From Azolla caroliniana (Eukaryota; Plantae; Polypodiophyta): a stretch of 64,000 nucleotides of DNA. Where the stretch lies: the NCBI GenBank assembly GCA_043228905.1, contig JBHGNT010000001.1:10974001-11038000 (forward strand). Direction: 5' to 3'. Of this stretch, positions 45,023 to 56,494 are shown one piece after another (positions within the stretch are counted from its first letter, which is position 1; the number at the start of each line of letters is the position of its first letter). Position numbers and translations under genes: made by a program. The notes beneath the pieces are model-generated. The model saw only the letters and a list, made by a program, of their open reading frames with translations. It was not told where the DNA came from and did no database searches.

Positions 45023-48000
45023 CTCTCTCTCGCTCTCTTAGTATTTAACCTCGTCGGCCATGACAGTTTGTTCACCTTCCTCTTCTTGTTACCATGTCCG
45101 ACTTGGTCAACAACGTAAACCAAGTAATGGTTGTCTTGTAACAACTTCAACTAGAAAATGAAAGCCTTTGTCAATCATTATGAGAGCTAAAAAATGGCAC
45201 ATCCAACAATCCCCCACTCGTCGAGCCTCACCCTCCGTCAGCACCTAGCCCAACCCCTTCCTCTTCACATTCAATGTCCTTGAACCTAGCGTCAGCCTAC
45301 CTGACAAATTCAATGGCTCTAGGGCGCATCTTCGCAGCTTCATCAATCAAATTTGGCTTATCATCCGCTTACAACCCCAACGTTTATGCTAGCAATTTCT
45401 CTCGGCTCAGCCTCGTTGGCACCCTTCTCTCTGGGCCGGCACAAGCGTGGTTTGCACCCTTGATTGAGACCTCATCCCCACTCTTAGACAACTTTCATGC
45501 CTTCCTTGTGAAGTTTGGAGCCACATTCGGAGAGACAGACCGATGATGAACAACACTCATGAAGCCCTATTCCTTACAACAAGGCTCTCATCCAACTTCG
45601 CTCTATGCTTCAGAGTTTCGTCAGATTGCGTTCAATGTCAGCTAGGATGACCAAGCCTTATGCGACCAATTTCGTCGAGGCCTCTGAAACGATGTCAAGA
45701 CTCTTCTCTTAAACTTTCTGGAGCCCACATCATTGTCTCAAGTAATCTCCCAAACTGTTCAATGTGATAATCGTCTTTGTGAGCTTCAACAGAAGGAATA
45801 GGGGACTCGAGGCTTCCCGTCTTCCTCCCGCAATGCTCCACTCACAAGGCCATATATATCAGTTTCGCCAAGCACACCATGGTTGCCATCCTCCAATGAT
45901 ACTCATACCCCGATGGAGGTCGACCCCCATACCCCAATGGAGATCGACCATGCTTGGTTCCACCCATTAACCGATGCCCAACGACAACATCGATGTGATA
46001 ATGGCCTCTGCCTCTATTGTGGTGCCTTTGGCCATGTCATCCGCCACTGCCAAGTGTGCGACCCTCGTCATCAATCCCACCGTGCATGTCTTGAAGAGGT
46101 TTCTTGACAATAGGAAAACGACCAAGTTTGGCTACAATAGGAGCCATGCCGCTAGACACTTTCCATTACCCTACTTCTCCGTGCTCCTACAACTCAGTCA
46201 CGCCAATAGGAGGTTTTACTTTGCAAGTAAGTCTTTGTTTTGGTTCTACTTCAATACAATCCCATGCCTTGCTCGATTCTAGTGCATCTACTTGTTTTGT
46301 TGATATCGCATTCGTCCGAGCACATAAAATCCCCACCGTCCGCACAACACAACCCATATCCGTTGAAGCTATCGAAGGACGGGTTACCGAAGCCACTGTC
46401 CCATTGGTACTCCAAGTCGGGTTCCACCAAGAGGTATTAACACTCTACCTCATTGCAACCCCTCGACATCCGATTGTTGTAGGGCTCTCCTAGTTGGAAA
46501 CACACAATCCGATGGTGGATTGGTGCAGCCGCTCCATCACTTTCCACCAACACCAGCGTGGGTCACGACTCCCTACCCCGTTACTTGTGTGGGAGCTACT
46601 TTCAGCTTGGGTGCACATTCTTTTGATTTCAACTCAATCTTCGATATTGTTGATTCCATTGTGGCCGATTCTAGTTTGGTCACTTCTGTGCCCATTGTGT
46701 CACAAGACGTCTCTGTTTTGGTCACCAATTTGCACGCAAGATATAGCGACTTTTTGGATGTGTTCAAAAAGCGAAATGCAGACCAGTTACCGGCACATTG
46801 CCCCTATGATTGCCCAATCGAACTCCAAGATGGCGCACATCCACCATTTGGGCCCATTTATGGGATATCCGAACCCGAATTGAGGCTCTTCGCACATATC
46901 TAGATGAAAACCTCACCAATGGCTTCATTCAACCCTCCAAATCACCGGCTACGGTCCCAATCTTATTTGTCAAGAAGAATGACAACTCATTACGACTATG
47001 TGCAGATTATTGGGGTCTCAACAAAATTACGGTACATAGTCGTTATCCATTGCCTTTAATTCCAACACTCAGCGACCGACTTCGAATCGGGCATATCTTT
47101 TCCAAAATTGACCTTCGGGGAGCCTACAATCTGGTGCGTATGAAACCTAGAGACAAGTGGAAAATGGCCTTCCGGACATGCTATGGACATTTCGAGTACA
47201 AGGCGATGCCATTTGGTCTCACCAACGCTCCTGCAATCTTCCAACATATGATGAACAATATATTTCGGGAGTATCTCAATCACTTCGTGGTGATCTACCT
47301 TGACAACATTCTAGTTTTTTCTTCCAACATAGAGGAGCACACACAACATGTCTGCTTGGTTCTATCCAACCTTTGGGAACATGGGCTTTACACTATCATG
47401 AAGATTTTCATTAACAGTGTGAAAATCACGTGGAAAGGAGAAAACCGAGAAGGGTTCAACTTTGCGCTTCTCTCACTGTTTTTTCTCAATGAACTTTTGT
47501 TCGGCCGACTACCATTTGATCGAATCTTGTTTCGGCTTTCTGGTTTATTTCCGCCAACCGACTTTTGTTTCGCTTTCTGACCGATTTCGGCCAGCTAACT
47601 CTTGTTTCGACTTTTTCGGTCAATTTCGGCCAACTGGCTTTTGTTTCGGCTTTCTGACCGATTTCGGCCAACTAACTCTCGTTTCGACTTTTTCGATCGA
47701 TTTCGGCCAACCGACTCTCGTTTTGACTTTTTCGGTCGATTTCAGCCAACTAACTCTTGTTTCGGCTTTCTGACCGATTTCGGCCAGCCGACTCTCCCTC
47801 AAGGAGGGATAATCTTACATAACACCATTGACTTACCACAAAGCCGAGTCATTTCTTAAAAAGTTGTATTTTCATCATTATAATTTTTCATGTAAATTCT
47901 CACACATGAGAGCTTGAATGAATGACATGGTTATCATGCATCACATGTAATGCATGAGCGGCAAATGGCAAAAATGCATCGCATGCATTTCATGCATTAC

Positions 48001-48374
48001 ATGCATTGTGTCAGGAATAGTACTAAAACAGAGATGGAATTAGTACTAAGAACAGCAGTACTATTAGTACTAAGAGGACGGGACTGCGTAAGATTCCCGA
48101 GAGAGGAAGTGAGAAGAGGAGAGAGAGAGAGATAGCGAGAATGAGAGAGATGATGACAGCAGCTATATATTATGTGAAAAGATAAGTACAAGCGGCTAAG
48201 AGGCTTAAGACTGGCGTTGAACCAATTTGGTTCAAAACAATGCCTTGTGCCTCCTTTTATAGTGTTTTTAGGAATAATCTTGAAGCTTCTAGAATGTTCC
48301 AGAGAGATCTGGAATATACATCAATTTTCTATGATAAAGTATAAATGAAAATAATATCCTACAAAATACAATTC

Positions 48375-48435
48375 CTAATCTAATGGTAAGAGCTCGACCC
48401 ATGTAGCATAAAGTCATGGGTTCGAGTCTTGCCAT
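48375..48435 (+). ncRNA. tRNA-like Pol III cassette at the U3 end of the LTR (also at 54380-54440 and 56186-56246)
   Basis: A-box-like taatctaatgg (48376-48386) and B-box ggttcgagtc (48419-48428). Confidence 0.55.
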
Positions 48436-48450
48436 GACACTATCTCCCCC

Positions 48451-51400
48451 TTAAAGACGACGAGTGGAACGAGTCGGCGCTAACTGCGGACCGGGTTTGT
48501 CCGGATACTTTCGGTGGAAATCAGCAAGAAGATCTTGTGCATTGGCAACATTCTCGACGGGTTCCCAAGTACGTTCGCTCGGACTATAACCGAGCCAATC
48601 GACCAAGTAATAAAGTTTGTTGCGAACAAGTTTGGAATCGAGGATGGCAGCAACTTCATACTCCGGGCCGTCGTCCAACTCCAACGGTGTCGTGCCTTTC
48701 GGCTCCGGATCGTTTGCGTGAGTCGGGTGGGAACCACTGGGGTTTTGGACTAGGAAGAGGAGAGTTTTAAGGCTAATAAGAATATAAATATGTTGTAAGA
48801 AAGAGTTATAGCAAACTCGTGAATCCCACGAGTGTATTGTATTAGATTAATCAATATGAATATAAGAATATAAACTTCGGTTGAAAGAGAATGATATAGA
48901 ATTCTCGTGAATCCCACGAGTATAGTTTATTAATTGGTGTTTTTTAGAAACATATCCAGTTTCCAAATATTTTTCACACACCTATTACATTGTGCTCCCC
49001 ATCCTTATGTAGTGATGGGAGAGACTAAGCATAGCTACATGCTTTTTTTCTAATATGTTCATGCACACTAAATGTGCATGTGATGCTTTTCTAATCCTTG
49101 CTTTTATTTGCTAAATATAGTGCTCATGCACGCTAGATGTGCATGAGTCACTTTTTAGTCGCTTGCGTTTTTCTATAAAATATTCACGCACTCTAAAAAT
49201 ACATGATTTACCTTTTAATAAAGGTAGGCGCAAATAAAGCACTTATAGTTATTAAATCTATTTATAGAACACTAAAGATAAGGTAGCATAATGGTAAAGT
49301 TGAGGTTTGGCTACGTGGAGGTACAGGGTTCGAATCCTGCCCTATGCACGTGATAAATATCTTGATATATTATTTTATTTATTTATATGTAATTAAATCG
49401 GTTATATTATTTTTTTACTTTTTCACGTAGTGTACGAAATACACTACGACAACGGGGGCGGCGGTGGTGTCACACGATCGGGAATGGTGTTTGCTTTATA
49501 AGGTTCAAGAAGAGAACAATGGAAAACCGGATGTATCTGAAACTGCGGAGGGAGATCCAGGCGGAAGGTGACATCATTAATCTTCCCCGTAATACGGAAA
49601 GGACCGAGTCGTCGATAATCCAACTTGTCGCACGGTCGAGTAGTCTTGATGTGACGACGTAAGAGCCATACTCGATCTCCGATGGCAAAAGAGGAGGGAA
49701 TCCGATGACGATCCGCATAAGTCTTCTGTGTGTGTTGAGCATGACGAAGGTGAGTAGAGAGATCCATCTGGATCTTGCGTAGCCTCTCCAAATGGTCCTC
49801 GGCACGAGGGTTGGTAGGTAGCTCCGGAGTGTCGATCACCGACCAGCGAGGATGGAAACCGGTATAAGCGAGAAATGGGGAGACCCGAGTCGAGGAGTGA
49901 ATAGCATTATTATACGCAAACTCCGCAAAGTGGAGAATCTCGGCCCAATCGTCCTGTTGATAACTCAGGAAACACCGGAGATATTGCTCCAACGTTTGAT
50001 TTGTTCGTTCCGCCTGTCCGTCAGTTTGAGGATGGTAGCCGGAGGAGAGGTTGCAGGAGACCTTGAGCATCCTAAAGAGATGCTGCCAAAATTTGGAGAC
50101 AAATTGCGGGCCTCGGTCACTGATAATACTGTCTGGTAGGCCATGATGCCGAAATACCTCACGCATAACAAGAGTGGCGGTTTCCTCGCTAGTGATGGCT
50201 TTAGTACATGGCACAAAATGTGCCATCTTCGTATATCGATCGACGACGGTTAGGATAGCATCGAACCCCTTCGAGACCGGCAGATCTGTAATAAAATCAA
50301 GACAAATAGACTGCCATGGCTTACTTGGAATTGGTAAAGGTTCCAACAAGCCATATGGATGGTGTCGTGGCATCTTTGCTCGGCAGCAAGCATCACAGGT
50401 CCGAACATAGTCGTCGACAAAACGGCGCATGTGGGGCCACCAAAAAGATCGTTGCACTAACTCCAACGTCTTGGTACTACCGAAATGTCCCGCCGTATGG
50501 GTGTCGTGACAATGTTGGACGATTTGAAGGCGACCGGAGCAATCGGGGACATATACGCGCTTTTTAAAGAATAACAAACCATCATGATATTCGAATTGTC
50601 GGTAGTCAATACCTGGTTGTTGAGACTGAGAACAGGATGCCCGAGAAGTATCAATGTGCGCCAGGATGTCTTGAGCAAAACTATCCGTCTTCAAGGTTGC
50701 ACGTATGTCATCGATAATCCGTGAATCCATCGGGGTGTGAAAAATCCGCGTCGTGTGCAATCGTGTTGGTCCCAAGATTACTTGCTTTTGATTATCAAAT
50801 GTTGCGTCACCAGGACGAGGTGCAAGATATGAACGCCGTGATAGTGCATCTGCTTTTCCTTGCTGCTTCCCCGGTCGATATGTGATTTCGAAGTTGAAAC
50901 GCGTGAGGAATTGCGCCCACCGAGCTTGCCGTCGATTTAGTACACGAGCGTTCTGAAAATAAGCAAGATTTTTATGATCGCTAAAGACAATGACCTGATG
51001 TGGAGAGCCCTCTAAGAAATGCCGCCATTGTACAAATGAATCCACGATGGCTAATAACTCCTTGTCATGTATTTCGTAGTTGATTTCTGCGACATTGAAT
51101 TTGCGCGAATGGAAAGCCACCGGATGCAACTCTTCTTTATCGCCTTGTTGAGAAAGGATGCTACCGAGGGCGAAATCTGATGCGTCGGCCTCCATGATGA
51201 ATGGTTTGCTTGTATCCACATGAGCTAGAATCGGTGCTGATGTAAAGGCTTTCTTAAGATGCCGAAAAGCCATATCTGCTTCGATGGACCAAAGAAATGC
51301 TTGGCCCTTCTTCGTAAGTTGTGTGAGAGGTAAAATAATCTTTGAGTAATCCTGTATAAACTTACGGTAGAAGTTAGCAAAGCCTAGAAAACATTGTACA

Positions 51401-52791
51401 TCTCGTACCGACCGTGGAATTTGCCAATCTAGTACAGTTTGGATTTTAGCTGGATCCATGGCGATGCCCTTTGAGGAGATGACGTAGCCTAGAAATTCCA
51501 CTTGCTTGCAGTCAAAGCTACATTTCTCTAGCTTGGCATAAAGACCATTCTCGCGGAGTCGCTTTAGTACTAATAGTACATGAGAATCGTGCTCTTCCTG
51601 GGTCTTCGAATAAATCAACAGATCATCCAGATAAATGATCAAACAGATATCCAAGAGGTCTCTGAATATATCATTTGCCATGTGTTGGAAGACTGCGGGT
51701 GCATTGGTTAGGCCAAACGGCATAACAGTATACTCGAAATGCCCATACCGCGTGCGAAAAGCGGTCTTCCACTCATCTCCCGGTCGGATCCGCACGAGAT
51801 TATACGCTCCTCGTAGGTCGATTTTAGTAAAAAACTTGGCACCATTAACTCGCTCTAAAAGACTTGATATAAGAGGAAGTGCATACCTATTCCGGATGGT
51901 GACTTTATTCAATCCGCGGTAATCAACGACAAGACGAAGTGAGCCATCTTTCTTCTTGACAAAGAAGATGGGTGCACCGGCCGGAGATTTCGAATGACGG
52001 ATGAACCCGCTTGCCAAGTTCTCCTCTATGTAGGCTCGAAGGACTTCTAACTCGGTGGGTGACAAGTTGTAAATTGGTCCCCATGGTGGCTCGGTTCCTG
52101 GTTGTAAATCGATGGGACAGTCATAGGGACGGTGATGAGGAAGGGTACCGGCTTTTACCTTGTCAAATACATCGGCATAAGGATGATATTTTGCCGGAAG
52201 TTGTATTGAGGAGTCCTTCTTAATAGTGCTAGAAGGATGTACTGATATGGCAAATAGGAACATTGCCTCCTTGGGTCCTTCTTCGCGTAGTTGATGGAGT
52301 GAAATGGTCGAAATTCGGTGAGTTGATTCTTGGGGTGGTCGATATCGGACTTCTCTTGTTCTCCAATCTATGGCTGGATTATGTAATTCAAGCCAAGGTA
52401 ATCCTAGGACAATGGGATGCTCTGGACTACTAATTATATTAAATGATATTATACACACAAAACTACCTAGGACAACTTGAATGGGTTCTGATTCTTCTAC
52501 AATATTCCCGGAAGCAATGGGACGACCATCAATGACCACTACAGATGCGGGACAAGGAAGTTTTCTTAAGGATATCTGAGAAGCTTGGGCAAAATTTCGA
52601 TCCATGAAACAGGAATTAGCTCCGGAATCTAAAAGTGCTAGGACGGGTACTGGGGGAGTACTTTTAGTACTAACAATGACTTGGGCTAGGAACACATTGC
52701 TAACTTGCTTGGAAGGAATGGAACCACTAATGGGCTGTACAGATCTAGGGCTGCTGTCCAACCAAATGGCTCCTATTTTGGCTGGACTCAA
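48451..52791 (-). CDS. Pol polyprotein (PR-RT-RH-INT-chromodomain), interrupted by a solo LTR at 48688-49451
   Basis: 1115-aa ORF with LLDSGA, YLDDLL, EADASD and GPF motifs; removing the insert and one ACGG copy restores PPPPPLELDDGPEYEV in frame. Confidence 0.95.
48688..49451. mobile_element. Solo LTR (764 bp) with a 4-bp TSD
   Basis: Termini TGTCGT...ACGACA; TSD ACGG at 48684-48687 and 49452-49455; internal A-box tagcataatgg and B-box ggttcgaatcc at 49284-49337. Confidence 0.9.
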
Positions 52792-52800
52792 TCGTTTAAC
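52755..52800 (-). promoter_or_regulatory. Putative -1 ribosomal frameshift signal
   Basis: G_UUA_AAC, 6-nt spacer, then an 11-bp stem GUCCAGCCAAA/UUUGGUUGGAC; pol lies in the -1 frame. Confidence 0.75.
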
Positions 52801-53945
52801 TCTTCATCTAATTGACTAAGGATTTCAAATTTATTTGAGATACTTGGGCTATTAGTACTACGACTACTATCTGACACTCTATTAGTACTATTAATACTAT
52901 CAGACACTCCAAAGGGAAGAATTGACTCAGGTTTAGTACATGCGACGATTTGATTTACCTGTCTTCTTGGCCTATGGGGACAATTGATGGCGATATGTCC
53001 TGGTCCACCGCAATAAAGACATAATCGATTGGCACGTCGTCGTTGCTTTTCTTCTTCCGATAACGGGCCGCGTCGACGCATGGTATCGATCTCCATCGGT
53101 GTCGAAGTATTTGCTTGAGGTGTGTCTCGTGCAAACGGTTTAGCCGCGACTGCGGCGTAAGTGGACTCTGGCCTAGAGCGTGGTATCTGTAATTGACGTT
53201 CTGAACGCCGTTCAAAAAGGCGGTTGTCACATCGAACTGCTCGACTGATTGCCTCCGTAAGAGACTTTGGTTCTTCGGGGAAAGTTAGAAGTAGATCTTT
53301 GACATCGTTTCGCAAGCCATAGCGAAACTGCTCCATTAGTGCTTGATCATCCCAGGGTATATCTGAAGCAAGTAGGCGGAAATCCGCCGCGTAGGCAGAG
53401 GCTGGACGATCGCCTTGACGCAATCGCCGGATCTTGTTGATCGCCGTCCTGATGCTGTCGGTGTCTCCAAAGCAGGCTTTAAACTCACCAATAAAATCTT
53501 CAAAGTTATTAAGTAAGGGTGATTGTTTTTCTAGAAGCGGAGCAAACCATGCCAAGGCTGAGCCGCTAAGTAGCGTGCCTATTAGGCCGACTCGAGATGC
53601 ATCAGTGGGATATCGGGAAGGATGCATCTGGATGACTAAGCGTACCTGATTAAGGAATCCCCGGAATTGCGAACGCGTTCCATCAAATTTCACAGGAAGT
53701 CCAATCTTGGGCTCTTTATGAAATCCTTGGGGACTGGATCCTTGTTGTTGCAACGCTGCTTCGAGTTGTTGTACCCGTAACGCTAACTCCCCATGTTGTT
53801 GTTGCGTTTGTTGTTTTTCTAGAGCGATTTGTTGCAGATCCCCTATCAGCCGTTGGTTTTCTTGTTCCAGGGCAACAAACTTTTCTTTTAGGCACTGTAG
53901 CTCGGAGAAAACGGATTGGTATTCTTGGACGCTAACAGTAGCCAT
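52788..53945 (-). CDS. Gag of the Tcn1-like element
   Basis: 385-aa ORF with PVKFDGTRSQFRGFL, LRQG..ASAYAADF, PMEID and CLYCGGPGHIAINC knuckle. Confidence 0.95.
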   Translation of the reverse strand: MATVSVQEYQSVFSELQCLKEKFVALEQENQRLIGDLQQIALEKQQTQQQHGELALRVQQLEAALQQQGSSPQGFHKEPKIGLPVKFDGTRSQFRGFLNQVRLVIQMHPSRYPTDASRVGLIGTLLSGSALAWFAPLLEKQSPLLNNFEDFIGEFKACFGDTDSIRTAINKIRRLRQGDRPASAYAADFRLLASDIPWDDQALMEQFRYGLRNDVKDLLLTFPEEPKSLTEAISRAVRCDNRLFERRSERQLQIPRSRPESTYAAVAAKPFARDTPQANTSTPMEIDTMRRRGPLSEEEKQRRRANRLCLYCGGPGHIAINCPHRPRRQVNQIVACTKPESILPFGVSDSINSTNRVSDSSRSTNSPSISNKFEILSQLDEELND

Positions 53946-55819
53946 AGTATAGGGAAAAGGGTAGGAGGATGAGGGAGAGTGGCAAGTAGGCTAGAGGAAA
54001 AATTGGTTCAAACTGTCAGGAATAGTACTAAAACAGAGATGGAATTAGTACTAAGAACAGCAGTACTATTAGTACTAAGAGGACGGGACTGCGTAAGATT
54101 CCCGAGAGAGGAAGTGAGAAGAGGAGAGAGAGAGAGATAGCGAGAATGAGAGAGATGATGACAGCAGCTATATATTATGTGAAAAGATAAGTACAAGCGG
54201 CTAAGAGGCTTAAGACTGGCGTTGAACCAATTTGGTTCAAAACAATGCCTTGTGCCTCCTTTTATAGTGTTTTTAGGAATAATCTTGAAGCTTCTAGAAT
54301 GTTCCAGAGAGATCTGGAATATACATCAATTTTCTATGATAAAATATAAATGAAAATAATATCCTACAAAATACAATTCCTAATCTAATGGTAAGAGCTC
54401 GACCCATGTAGCATAAAGTCATGGGTTCGAGTCTTGCCATGACAGTAGCCTCCCTTTCTCCTTCTTCTTTTTCTTGTAGTGTTAGGGTTTGAGAGTTTCT
54501 TCTTTCTACTTTTCTATCTTTTCTCCTCAACATATTAGAGAACCCGAGGTTTAGGGTTTAGGGTTTGGTAGCCTCTCTTTCTCCTTATCACTTTCTCTTT
54601 CATCTTTTCCTTCTAGGGTTAGGGTTTGAGAGTTTCTTTCTACTTTTCTTGTTTTCTTGTCAACATATTAGAGGACTTAGGATTTTAAGGTTTGTGAGTT
54701 TTGCCTCTATTATATTTCTTACTCAAGAGATTTTAGGGTTTGGGTTCCGTATCATCAACTTCTTCGGCATCTCCGTGGTAGCCACTCGGTGGCTGGTTGC
54801 GGAAGGGAGGTTGTAGTGGCACGAGGGCTACTCCGAATCGAGGCAACATAGCCATGGGAAGTAGTCGAGCTCGGAGCCCACTAGACTACCTTTGCTAGAT
54901 TATTTTAGCCTTTGATTATTTGATAACCGATCGTCGTAAAAACCACCAAAATCGTGGTGTCAAGAGAAGCAATTCTAAAGAAAAAAAAAACTCGTTTTGA
55001 TTCATAGCCGTTTTTTATTAATCCTGAAATTGATTCTATGTAAGAAAGAAAACCACCGAAATCATGGTATTAAACCTAACTGTTGTTGAAAGCCTATTTC
55101 ATATCAAACTTATGTATATTTCCCCATGTCTTTATCTTAATCTCCCACTTCCTCACTACTTTTGTCTCGCCAATCCAAGGCTTCGGCAGTCCCGTCCGAG
55201 CGACACACGCATGCGAAAGAGTGATAGGGGAGGACATTGGTGAACCCGACGTGAAAGAGTGGTAGGGGAGGACTGACATAGATGAAGAAAATTTCATGGA
55301 GATCATGTCAAAGACGATGGTGGATTTCACGAGGGCAAGGCGCAACGTAGAATAAAAAATACAAAAAAAACAAAGGTTGACAACCTTTGGCCCTAACACA
55401 TCACTTTTTTCTTTGGCACATGCCAGAGGATGTGCAGTTTGGTGGGGGTGGATGTCGTGGTGTGGCGTGTGCAATGTGAGAAAAAACGAGGTTCCACACA
55501 CATCTCATGAAATAATGTATAATAATAATAATAATAAGTAACTTGTAGTAGCTTAGTGGTTACGACTTATAAGTATATGTAGAGAGGTGTAGAGTTTGAG
55601 TCTCTCTTCGTACAAATCAAGGAGTATTTTGCTCCCCTTCCATTTTTGTGATAAAGGAAATAAAATAAAAAAAGCATGTAATGTTAAAATAAGCTCCTCT
55701 TTGCTCTATAAGAGAGGAGGGATAGGGCTTATTTGGGGTTCGCCCATTTTGTCTTCTAGGGGTGTACCACTAGGGTTTCATCTTTTACTCCTCTTCTTCT
55801 TGGGTTAGGGTATGGTAGC

Positions 55820-56250
55820 TGTCAGGAATAGTACTAAAACAGAGATGGAATTAGTACTAAGAACAGCAGTACTATTAGTACTAAGAGGACGGGACTGCGT
55901 AAGATTCCCGAGAGAGGAAGTGAGAAGAGGAGAGAGAGAGAGATAGCGAGAATGAGAGAGATGATGACAGCAGCTATATATTATGTGAAAAGATAAGTAC
56001 AAGCGGCTAAGAGGCTTAAGACTGGCGTTGAACCAATTTGGTTCAAAACAATGCCTTGTGCCTCCTTTTATAGTGTTTTTAGGAATAATCTTGAAGCTTC
56101 TAGAATGTTCCAGAGAGATCTGGAATATACATCAATTTTCTATGATAAAGTATAAATGAAAATAATATCCTACAAAATACAATTCCTAATCTAATGGTAA
56201 GAGCTCGACCCATGTAGCATAAAGTCATGGGTTCGAGTCTTGCCATGACA
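55820..56250 (-). repeat. Third copy of the 431-bp LTR
   Basis: Appears identical to 48009-48439; flanked by GTAGC on the left and CATTG on the right. Confidence 0.97.
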
Positions 56251-56494
56251 CATTGTATGCATGTTTTGCACCCTCACATGCATCATATGCATGGGGGCAT
56301 CTATAAAAGAGTGGAGGAAAAAGAAAAGGATGAATCAAGGAATCAATTAATCAAGCAAGCTATGCATTGAATTAAGAAAACAATAACAAAATCTAGTTAT
56401 CTTATTGGTGATGTATCTTCTCTCTAAAAATTGAAGTCAAGGGTTCATTCTCTATCTTAAAGTTTCTCTCAATTTGTCTCATAATTGGAATCTC

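Larger units (their letters stand above)
48009..54444 (-). mobile_element. Young Tcn1-like chromovirus with 431-bp LTRs (48009-48439, 54014-54444)
   Basis: Near-identical LTRs TGTCA...TGACA; PPT aagggggagatag next to 48439; intact gag and pol frames; chromodomain YEVAAILDSK...YLVDWLGY..SERTWEP. Confidence 0.97.
47391..56494. mobile_element. One end of a CACTA (En/Spm) element, interrupted by the 48009-56250 insertion; other end not found
   Basis: Begins CACTA exactly where the host RT breaks; array of ~38-bp subterminal repeats (ccgatttcggccaac...tttcg.ctttt) at 47500-47795; catg-rich sequence continuous across the CATTG TSD. Confidence 0.7.

Noticed and set aside
48375-49345. Bona fide tRNA genes at the A/B-box sites
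   Set aside because: Acceptor and anticodon stems do not form a canonical cloverleaf and the motifs are inside LTRs; reported as tRNA-like only.
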